Source: Macrostomum lignano
Lineage: Eukaryota
Length of the DNA: 64,000 nt
Direction: 5' to 3'
Assembly: GCA_002269645.1 (NCBI GenBank)
Contig: NIVC01000897.1
Span: 351,453-415,452, forward strand
Shown: one piece after another, positions 29,508 through 52,686 of the stretch
How positions within the stretch are numbered: position 1 is the stretch's first letter
Layout: each line of letters opens with the position of its first letter
Position numbers and translations under genes: made by a program
The notes under the pieces: generated by a model
The model's database searches: none
The model's input: only the letters and a program-made list of their open reading frames with translations
Told to the model about the DNA's origin: nothing

Positions 29508-30209
29508 CGAAGGACGACTACTCAACTAAAGGACGGAAAACACTAAGTTTCTTAGAATATGTTTAGGAGGCAGGTTTTTGCCGAAAAAATACACTACGGA
29601 GATAGGAACTTTTCATTTCTTTCAGCACAAAAGTCGTTATTGCTTTCGATAGGAGGCAAACACTGCAATGTTCAGCTTTTGATGTGTTGTGCCTTTTTTA
29701 TGGCTCTTTTCGATATTCATAAAGCTTTTCGTTCAGAAAATTAGGATGTTATGTAATTTTTTATTTTACGTACAATTGTACATCTCCTGTGCCTAAAAAA
29801 ATTTAGAATAGCAGGGCTCGGCTTTTATTATTTATTAATCTATTTTATTATCCTTAGCTGACTGTGTAACAATTAAACAATGTGACAGAGATGATAAAAA
29901 TAAATTCATAAAACCAATGAGGAGCTGCGCCATCCATTGTAAGTACAGGGAATGTACTTAGAAAAAATAGCAGAATCCTAATATTCTGAACGAAAAGCTT
30001 TATGAATATCGAATAGAGCTATAAGAAAGGCACAACACACACACCAAAAGCTGAACATTGGGTGCCTCTTATCGAAAGCAATATAACAATTTTTGTGCTG
30101 AAAGAAGTGAAAACTTCCTATCTCCGTAGTGTATTTTTCGGCGAAAACCTGCCTCCTAAACATTTTCTAAGAAACTTAGTTTTCCGTCCTTTTAGTTGAG
30201 CAGTCCTCG
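29508..30209. mobile_element. Diverged second MITE of the same family, internal region in the opposite orientation
   Basis: Long imperfect TIRs (AAAATACACTACGGAGATAGGAA... / ...TTCCTATCTCCGTAGTGTATTTT). Internal segment is the reverse complement of that in copy 1. TSD not clear. Confidence 0.85.
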
Positions 30210-31490
30210 GATAATACATGTAGATGTTTCGGGTCGGCAGCGTGACAAACCAAAACACATAAAAGTAAAAAGAACATTACGGCAAAAAAATAAAGAAATC
30301 TAGAAAATTAATAAAAACAGGCATAAACCGCAAAACTTAAATTGAAAAAATACCTGACCGGTAACATTTTCATTTTGTTTTAAATAACCTCCTATGTAAA
30401 CTAACTTCGTGTGTTACATTTGACACGCTCCCGTGGAATTATTTTCTAATCTTATACATAAAAATCATCTCTCAACTTAATCGCGTACCGTACACTAAAA
30501 TTATATTCGATCTGAAATAAAAAACACATGGTAGGTATCCTTAAATGGTTGGGGTTGGAAGAGAGCGTGGGTCGTAGTCTAGTATACAACCAATTATTTC
30601 TGAAATCATTTTTATAGACCGATACCATCTAACAAAATATAAGATTTTTAGGAAATGTGAACAACTAGGAATGGATATATTTTTTATATTTGTCTAGGGT
30701 TTGTCTATCCGTCTTTATAATATAAGTTATATTATTCTTTCCCATAATTAGTCCAAACTGTCTTAGCTTCAGATGTTAAGTTAAAAGAATATACTCGTAC
30801 TAGGCTGTTAGAAAACTTGAATAATTGCTTTGTATGCCCAACTAAAAATCCTTCTTTGCTATCACACGCAATAATTTATCCGTAATTTGTAAAAATAGTA
30901 AAAAAATCTATTAATTGTTAGAAAATGTTTTTGATCTTATTCTTTATGCATATGTGCTTTTGAAGCTGAAGACATTTACATTTTCATTCAAGTTCTAGAA
31001 AGTTAAAAAAAATTCCAATTTGCAAATTTGCACCTTTTAATTTAAATTAGCTACTTTTAGTGTCTGATTGACCTCCAACTTCAACAATCGATGTTGAAAA
31101 GAAGAAATACAGTAAAAAAACAGTAAAACATTTATTACTGTTTAAGACTTGATTGTGCATTGTGCCTATTAGTTATTTAGAAAATAGTTAGAAAATAGCA
31201 TAATAGTTATTTAGAAAAATGCTTTTAAAAGGTTACAAACTAAAATAAGTTTAAAAATAAGACTAAACGTGACAGTCTCTCTTAAACGAAAAAATCGATT
31301 TATTGTTTACTTGATTCTTTACTTTGTTTAGTTGTTTTGTACTAAATGTGAGGATGCATACGCTCAAATATTCCCTTACAGGAATTTAATTTACATTAAT
31401 CATCGGCACCAAACATGACGCCAGCTGGTCTCTGCTGATCAGCGAGGAGGACTGGGTCCCGGTACGACCGCGACCAGGACGCCCAGACGA

Positions 31491-46373
<14,883 letters not shown>

Positions 46374-46425
46374 GTGAGATGCGCTGCGGTATCTGGCCGC
46401 AAACTGAGCTGAGAGTTAAAACAGA

Positions 46426-47188
46426 AGTAGAAGGCATGAGGGGGCTTCTGGGACAAAATTTTTCACCTCCTCCATAATCCACCTAAATCCATCCATATTA
46501 TCCCTGACAGAATCAGAAAAAAAGGGGGGTCGCACCTGCTAACAAAACGTCTTCCATAATCCACCTAAATCCTTCCATATTATCCCTGACAGAATAAGAA
46601 AAAAAGGGGGGTCGCACCCGCTCACAAAACGTCCTCCATAATCCCATTAAATCTATCTATATTATCCCCGACAGAATCTTGAAAAAGGGGAGGGGTTGCA
46701 CTTGATCCGAAAACTTTAATCCCATTAAATCCATCCATATTATGACTGACAGAATATGGGAATATGGGTCCACTAACACCTGTTATGTTCACTGACACTG
46801 ACATAATCCACTAACATCTTCGAAACAATAAGAAAATAATCTGAATTCTTCTCCCCACATTCAATTTGCAACGTGCTACCAGATCCCTAAGACTTTAAAT
46901 CATCAGCGCAGGGTCCTTACCCTTTGAAAAAAATTAAATTTTCAATAAAAATGTTTCCAGTTGTCTCTCCAGGTTCTTATTATACTCAGCCTAATCCATT
47001 GTACAAATCCAAGTACCAATGCAAACTTGAATGCAGCGAATACATGAGAAAATATTGGCCCAACGTTGATATCAATGTCCCTAATATTAATCTAGCTCTC
47101 CAAAGACTTTGGTTTCATAAGTATGGAGTAACCTATGTAAAAGATTACGACAGCTACTATAACTTTGCAGAAATCATTAGGCAATTGT
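46426..47188 (+). repeat. Left terminal inverted repeat (~760 bp) with ~82-bp subterminal tandem units
   Basis: 46454-47188 is the reverse complement of 63297-64000, with scattered indels. The unit CCATAATCCACCTAAATCC...CTGACAGAAT...GGGGTCGCACC repeats 3-4 times. Confidence 0.93.
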
Positions 47189-47190
47189 AG
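46951..47190 (+). CDS. 79-aa Tyr-rich orphan ORF inside the left TIR
   Basis: AAAAATG start as in other element genes. A counterpart with indels lies in the right TIR (63529-63295, minus). Confidence 0.5.
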   Translation: MFPVVSPGSYYTQPNPLYKSKYQCKLECSEYMRKYWPNVDINVPNINLALQRLWFHKYGVTYVKDYDSYYNFAEIIRQL

Positions 47191-47540
47191 AATGTCGTTA
47201 CAATACGCTTTAAGACTTTAAGACTGCATTAATAGATATTTTTACGCATGGTATTTTGCTGTGTGGCGGGTTGGTGATAGCGGAATGGGTATGGCAGCTG
47301 TCTTGTCATAGCGCGAGCGGCGTGTGCAGCATAGAGAAAAAAGCTTTTGCCCAGCTCAAGCCTTAACTAGCTCAGAAGATCCCTTGCCTAGCTTCAGAAA
47401 CGCCCATTTAGTTCCTTGTTTAAACCCCCAGCCTTCTCAACCCCCAGCTCTTTCAGCAGTCTTCCTAGATCTTTTCCAGGCAACCCCAATCAACCATTAA
47501 TAGAAAATACTGGCTATAAGTAGAAAATCTGCGGGTTTCC

Positions 47541-47621
47541 CTTCTAGAATTCGAATTCTAGAAAATTCTAGAACAAAAAGAGAATCCGTGGATTCCCGAG
47601 CCCACACCAATGGTATATATA
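47541..47621 (+). promoter_or_regulatory. Heat-shock element, CCAAT and TATA upstream of ORF 47739
   Basis: aTTCt-aGAAa-aTTCt-aGAAc (47555-47574) is four perfect alternating nGAAn pentamers, with cTTCt-aGAAt at 47541-47550. CCAAT at 47607. TATATATA at 47614. Confidence 0.7.
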
Positions 47622-47738
47622 CAGCCGATTCACACCGCCCCTCGCCTCACCCTGCCTGCTCCGCCTCGCCTCGCCCCGCCTCAACTCGCTGAGCCAGCAA
47701 CTTCTTATTTTTGACTAGCTTAATCTCTGTATCTTGCC

Positions 47739-48362
47739 ATGGATGAAGAAATGCAAGCAGGCAACAACGTTTACATCCAAAATCTGGAGAACTTCATCAA
47801 GGCGGTTTTTTCTAGTAAAGATCTCGACAACTGGAATCTTTGGGCCGATAAATACAATGCAATTGCTCGGTCACCAATCGTGAAGCCAACTATCAATGGA
47901 CGGCTAGCGAAAACTACCGACAAGCAATTACAAATCGGCAAGGCTCTGGACGAGTTGCGCACGGCCTATAAAACCAACAGTGAGCCTGTGCCAGTGCATT
48001 CTCTAGAAGAATTTATGCAGGGAACATTTACGATCGACGCAGTGCTTGTACAGATTGCCAACCTTCATAAGCTAGTTGAACGGTATGGCAAGCATGGCTT
48101 TGCAAACGGCCTACAGCTCGGCAGGATCTTTCTGAGAATGGAGCGGGTTCTCAGTAAGGAACAGTTCAACGAGCTGAAAAGACGTGCACCGTTCACCAGC
48201 CAGTGGACCAACTTTCTGATGAAATTGGCTGACCAAGCTGAGAAATATCCGGTGCTACAAAGATCTGCAATGTCCCTGCACAAGCTGAAGTCGATGATTG
48301 CATACTTGCCAGAGGCCCTTGCGATGCTGCAACAGGAAGTGGACGAAGGCTTGTTGTTTTGA
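47739..48362 (+). CDS. 207-aa orphan helical protein, possibly DNA-binding
   Basis: Intact ORF with GCCATGG context. The C-terminal half (GLQLGRIFLRMERVLSKEQF...FTSQWTNFLMKLA) loosely resembles DUF3102-like helical domains by eye. Confidence 0.75.
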   Translation: MDEEMQAGNNVYIQNLENFIKAVFSSKDLDNWNLWADKYNAIARSPIVKPTINGRLAKTTDKQLQIGKALDELRTAYKTNSEPVPVHSLEEFMQGTFTIDAVLVQIANLHKLVERYGKHGFANGLQLGRIFLRMERVLSKEQFNELKRRAPFTSQWTNFLMKLADQAEKYPVLQRSAMSLHKLKSMIAYLPEALAMLQQEVDEGLLF

Positions 48363-48457
48363 CTTTTAAATTAGCAATGTATTGTTTATTTAGCAACTCA
48401 TGAAGCTATAATAATAGCAAGTTATCCTTGGATAGTTTTTTATTACTAATATTGACA

Positions 48458-49767
48458 CCAACCTCAAATTTTGAAACCACTGGTTTCATTTTCTGGGGTG
48501 GTTGTTTAACAAGTATGCCATTTTGATTGCCCACCTCAAATTTTGAAACCACTGGTTGCAAATTTTGAAATTTGCTTGGGACAGTGTAGAAAAATGTTTC
48601 TGCTGGAAGCAGTGCAGAACTCAGATCACCCACCTCAAAATTTGAAACCAACGGTTTCATTTTCTGAGGTGGCTGTTTGACTAGGAGAGCGTAGAAGAAA
48701 ACGGAGGGATCACCCAGAAGGTTGTACTTTGTAGAGTGTAGACGTAAGTTTTAAAAATAAAACCCTTGGGAGAGCGTAGAAGAGATCACCCACCTCAAAA
48801 TTTGAAACCAGTGGTTTCATTTTCTGAGGTGGCTGTTTGACTAAGCTCGGGAGAGCGTAGAAGAAAACGGAGCGGCTAGTTGTGGAGGCTAGAAAAAGAA
48901 AGACCCCCTCCCGCCCGGATCAACCCTCAACCCTCTGCAATTCTCTTTTTTGGCTTTGGCGCTGCACTGCACAGAAGTGAATTGCAGAGGGAGGGTGGGT
49001 GGAGAGAGAAGAGGGGACTTGTGGCGGAATGCGCGGACTGCATGCAGTGAGTGGCAGGGCGGGTGAGAACTGGATAGCGCAGCAGTGTAGACCCACCTCA
49101 AAATTTGAAACCAGCGGTTTCATTTTCTGAGGTGGCTGTTTGACTAAGCTCGGGAGAGCGTAGAGCTAGTTGCGGAGGCTAGAGAAGCAGTGCAGAACTC
49201 AGATCACCCACCTCAAAATTTGAAACCAGTGGTTTCATTTTCTGAGGTGGCGCGGCGCCCCTGTGCAAGAGAGCCCAGTGCTCTGGCCCGGACTGTTGGG
49301 GAAGGGAAAGGGAGAGGAGCTCAAGGGGAAGGAGATTTCAGTACAACGGGAGAGTCAAAATTCCCAGGCGCTTCTCTACCCCCAGCGCGAGATCGCTAGT
49401 GTTATGTTTGACTAAAAATAGAATGAGCTCGGGAGAGCGTAGAGCTAGTTGCGGAGGCTAGAGAAGCAGTGCAGAACTCAGATCACCCACCTCAAAATTT
49501 GAAACCAGCGGTTTCATTTTCTGAGGTGGCTGTTTGACTAGGAGAGCTTAGAGAGAGCTAGTTGCGAAGAGAGGCACCCAGAGGACAGGCTTGGAATGAG
49601 AGGCGGTGGGGCAAGACGGGTGAGAGAAGGGCTGGCCTGAGAGTTGGTCTACCCAGACCCCCCGGCCCTCTCTGGGGGTTGGGAGGCTAGAAAAAGAAAG
49701 ACACAAGCGTCTTTAGAGGATCACCCACCTCAAAATTTGAAACCAGCGGTTTCATTTTCTGAGGTGG
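48458..49767. repeat. Array of 8 copies of a 43-bp imperfect palindrome separated by variable spacers
   Basis: CCACCTCAAAATTTGAAACC-AGY-GGTTTCATTTTCTGAGGTGG at ~48458, 48531 (partial), 48630, 48790, 49093, 49208, 49487, 49725. Confidence 0.92.
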
Positions 49768-49910
49768 CTGTTTGACTAGTTGCGGAGGCTAGAAAAAAAA
49801 GAGACAGGCAGAACTGGGCGGGGTGTTCAGTGTGGTGGGACTGGGGAGAAAAAGCAGGCGCTCACCCAGAAACCTTTTATATTGTTGCATAGTTTAGACC
49901 CTGCACATAC

Positions 49911-50217
49911 GGGGTTGTAGCCTAGTGGTTAGGGCGTCGGACTCACGACTTGTATGAAGGTTGGGGGTTCGATTCCCGATCCCCCTGCAACAATCTGTGT
50001 CTTTGAGCAAGGCACTTTACTCCGCATTGCTTCAGTTCACCCAGCTGTAAAATGGGTACCAGCATTAGCTGGAGTAATTGAGGGTGTGTGTGGCGACCCC
50101 CAGTCCTTGGACTGAACAGCCGCACGCAGCCTTCAGATGCGCCGCGCAATAGCTGCGGCTGAGCTGTCGATTGCACATCTGCCCATTGGGCAGTTGTAAT
50201 CAATTATTATTATTATT
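49911..50217 (+). mobile_element. tRNA-derived CORE-type SINE inserted in the Polinton
   Basis: A box TAGCCTAGTGG and B box GGTTCGATTCC, then GTGTCTTTGAGCAAGGCACTTTACTCC..GCTTCAGTTCACCCAGCTGTAAAATGGG resembling the MIR CORE domain, then a (TTA)n tail. Confidence 0.8.
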
Positions 50218-50544
50218 TACCTACGATAGGCATTCTGTCTTCTGCTGCATGCTCTGTTGTTGCCACGTTGCTTACCACATGAAAAACTATAATAAACTAA
50301 TAAACTATATAGCGACTATAATCTGTCGCTACAGTCCTTCAGTTGTTTATCAATGTAAACTGTTCAGCAGTCTTTCTAATTCTTTATTTGGCGTGCGCAA
50401 TACAAAGGAAAGAAAGGAAAGGAAAGGAAAGCACGCGTGGAACTTGTACATTCGCAAAAGCTGCGCTCCCTCAGCAAATAGCAGTTACCCCACCCCTTGT
50501 CGAAATGCAGCTGTTGCGCTTGGCTGCGAATAATCTTTCCCGAC

Positions 50545-51033
50545 TCAAGCGCCTCTCTCAACCCCCAGCTCTTTCAACAGTCTTCCCAATTCATTGTTTG
50601 GAGCACACAAAATAAACCCCGCTCCCGAGCACTCCGCACACCCGCCCTCTCTCCCCAAACACCCACCTTCGCCTTGAACCCCCAAACCCAACTTTGCCTT
50701 ACTAAAAATAACAGCTTTAACTAGCTTCCGAGCAATCGACTCACGAAATCCGCTTGAAGCCCCTATATTGTCTAGTCTCTTAAGCATTTCTTTGTCCCAG
50801 CGATTCTTCTCCTCAGGAAAATCTCTATATTTAACATCGTGCCACATGCAGACAGAGTCTAGCTCATTCACAGGCTCATGCCCAGGATTTGGGTTGTTGT
50901 TTCCATCCAGCTGTATTTCAAGAGGATTCAAAGGCCCGCAATATTTATAGCCGGGAAGTGTCCAGCCTTTGTTTGGATGAGGAAGCTTTTCTATCAGTCC
51001 ATGTGAATCTATTTTACCACCAGAGCGTTGCAT
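50545..51033 (-). CDS. Parvovirus VP1u-type phospholipase A2 protein (162 aa from ATG 51033)
   Basis: LPGYKYCGPLN Ca2+ loop and PVNELDSVCMWHDVKY catalytic HD motif. Confidence 0.9.
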   Translation of the reverse strand: MQRSGGKIDSHGLIEKLPHPNKGWTLPGYKYCGPLNPLEIQLDGNNNPNPGHEPVNELDSVCMWHDVKYRDFPEEKNRWDKEMLKRLDNIGASSGFRESIARKLVKAVIFSKAKLGLGVQGEGGCLGREGGCAECSGAGFILCAPNNELGRLLKELGVERGA

Positions 51034-51063
51034 TATTTTATTTAAAATTTTCTTTTTAAATAA

Positions 51064-52101
51064 ATGACAGATCAGAAACTTAAAAAACTCTACTACAGCG
51101 ACAAAGGATTCTTTGTAGGCAAAAATGCCGTTAGTAAACTCATGGAGCTGAGTAAAGAGCCAAAAGCTACAGTAGAAAAATGGCTCTCTAAGCAGGCTGT
51201 CTTTCAAGTCTATTTCCCACCAGTAAAATTTGAAAGGCCCCATTTCAGTATTTATAAACCTAATGAAGCGCACCAAGCAGATCTTTTGTTTCTCCCCAAC
51301 GACTCAGGCTACAAGTATGCTCTTACAATTATTGACATTGCTTCCAGATATAAGGAAGCTCGCCCACTCAAGACGAAGAAGTCAGAGGTTGTTGCCAGCG
51401 CACTGCAAGATATTTATAAAAACTCTCCGCTCACATACCCCCAAATCTTTATGACCGACCCGGGTAAGGAATTCATGGGTGTAGTGAAATCCCTTATGGA
51501 AAAGAAAAACACAGAGATTCGCTATGGCAGAACAAACTTGCACAGAGACCAGGCTTTTGTGGAAAGATTCAATCTAACTCTAGCCAAGAGACTATTCACT
51601 AAGCAGACAGCGCAAGAACTCAAACTGAGTGCGGGGCAGTACTATACCAAGTGGACAGAAAGACTCCCCACTGTTATAGAGCAACTGAACAATGAAGTCA
51701 CACGCATGACTGGATTGAAACCATCCCATGCAATTAAACAAGACACTGTCGAACTTAAGGCATCTCATAAAACAGACAACAACACGACAACCCCACACAA
51801 CACACACAACACAAAGCACACCTCGAACTACCCTAAGCTTCCAGGAGTTGAATCACCATACATACTGACAAACTCTGAGTTTCTACGCTTTTTATATCTA
51901 CCTGGAGAGCTAGAGAAAGACACCAAAAGAAGAGCTACAGATCCATACTTCAGCCTTGATGTGCATAAAATAGACAGACATTTTACCTCCGACTCCGGTG
52001 ACTATTACTTTTTATCTCAAGCCTTTAACCCTAAATCCCCCACGCGGTCATTCACTAGAGCTGAACTCCTAGTGATACCAGCTGACACAGAAATTAATTA
52101 A
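51064..52101 (+). CDS. int: Retroviral-like (rve) integrase of the Polinton
   Basis: DDE triad contexts HQADL, MTDPGKEF and VERFN. C-terminal YLPGELE..RRATDP..FTRAELL typical of Maverick integrases. ORF is intact. Confidence 0.95.
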   Translation: MTDQKLKKLYYSDKGFFVGKNAVSKLMELSKEPKATVEKWLSKQAVFQVYFPPVKFERPHFSIYKPNEAHQADLLFLPNDSGYKYALTIIDIASRYKEARPLKTKKSEVVASALQDIYKNSPLTYPQIFMTDPGKEFMGVVKSLMEKKNTEIRYGRTNLHRDQAFVERFNLTLAKRLFTKQTAQELKLSAGQYYTKWTERLPTVIEQLNNEVTRMTGLKPSHAIKQDTVELKASHKTDNNTTTPHNTHNTKHTSNYPKLPGVESPYILTNSEFLRFLYLPGELEKDTKRRATDPYFSLDVHKIDRHFTSDSGDYYFLSQAFNPKSPTRSFTRAELLVIPADTEIN

Positions 52102-52117
52102 AATATTAAAATAAAAA

Positions 52118-52495
52118 ATGACAAAGATTGAAACTAGAACCATCAATAAACTCAATAAAATCATTGAATCAAAGAAACCAGGTATTATATCAATTAAAGG
52201 TGTCAAAGTAAAAATCGATCCCACGCAGCAAATAGTTCAGTGTAATGAACAAAGACACAGCATCACAGATGAAAAGTCAGGAGGAATCCTACCATTAGCA
52301 GCTCTTATTCCGATCATTGCAGGCGCTGTAAGTGCCGCAGGTGGTGTAGCTGGAGGTGTAGCAACTGCTGTTAAAGCTGGGAATGATAGAGCCCACCAGC
52401 TGGAATTGCAAAAGATTGCAAGAGACAAAGGTATAACAATTAAGGCAGGAGAGGGCTGCCCGATCGTGATGATTGTGAGCATGAAAATTCTGTAA
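52118..52495 (+). CDS. Small protein with an adenovirus pX (mu) precursor-like hydrophobic segment
   Basis: GGILPLAALIPIIAGAVSAAGGVAGGVA resembles adenovirus pX GGILPLLIPLIAAAIGAVPGIASVA. Confidence 0.75.
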   Translation: MTKIETRTINKLNKIIESKKPGIISIKGVKVKIDPTQQIVQCNEQRHSITDEKSGGILPLAALIPIIAGAVSAAGGVAGGVATAVKAGNDRAHQLELQKIARDKGITIKAGEGCPIVMIVSMKIL

Positions 52496-52686
52496 GCAAG
52501 TCTGACATTGTCAAAGCCATCATGACACTGCACAATGCTGGGTTTACAATAATGCGGATGTGATGAGGTTTAAAACCCCACTTTATCCAGCTTCATAAAC
52601 CTAATACTACTTATAGGATGTAGAAACAGTTCAACTTTTCTATCAGGGTGGTCACCCTCAAAATTTTTTTTATATTTTCGAGAAAA

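Noticed and set aside
46415-46430. Confirmed Polinton target-site duplication
   Set aside because: The right terminus lies outside the window, so neither the TSD nor the exact left end can be verified.
47542-47563. 22-bp perfect palindrome with XbaI/EcoRI/BstBI sites, as a vector polylinker or adapter
   Set aside because: No flanking vector sequence; better explained by overlapping nGAAn pentamers of an HSE. Read support should still be checked.
48458-49767. CRISPR array interpretation of the palindromic repeats
   Set aside because: Spacers vary from ~72 to 260 bp and share modules, there are no cas genes, and the context is eukaryotic. Kept only as a hairpin array.
49911-49990. Virus-encoded tRNA gene
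   Set aside because: The anticodon arm does not pair properly and the sequence runs into a CORE domain and TTA tail, so it is a SINE head.
51034-51276. N-terminal extension of the PLA2 ORF to 243 aa
   Set aside because: It relies on a non-ATG start and overlaps the integrase antisense; ATG 51033 is the more plausible start.
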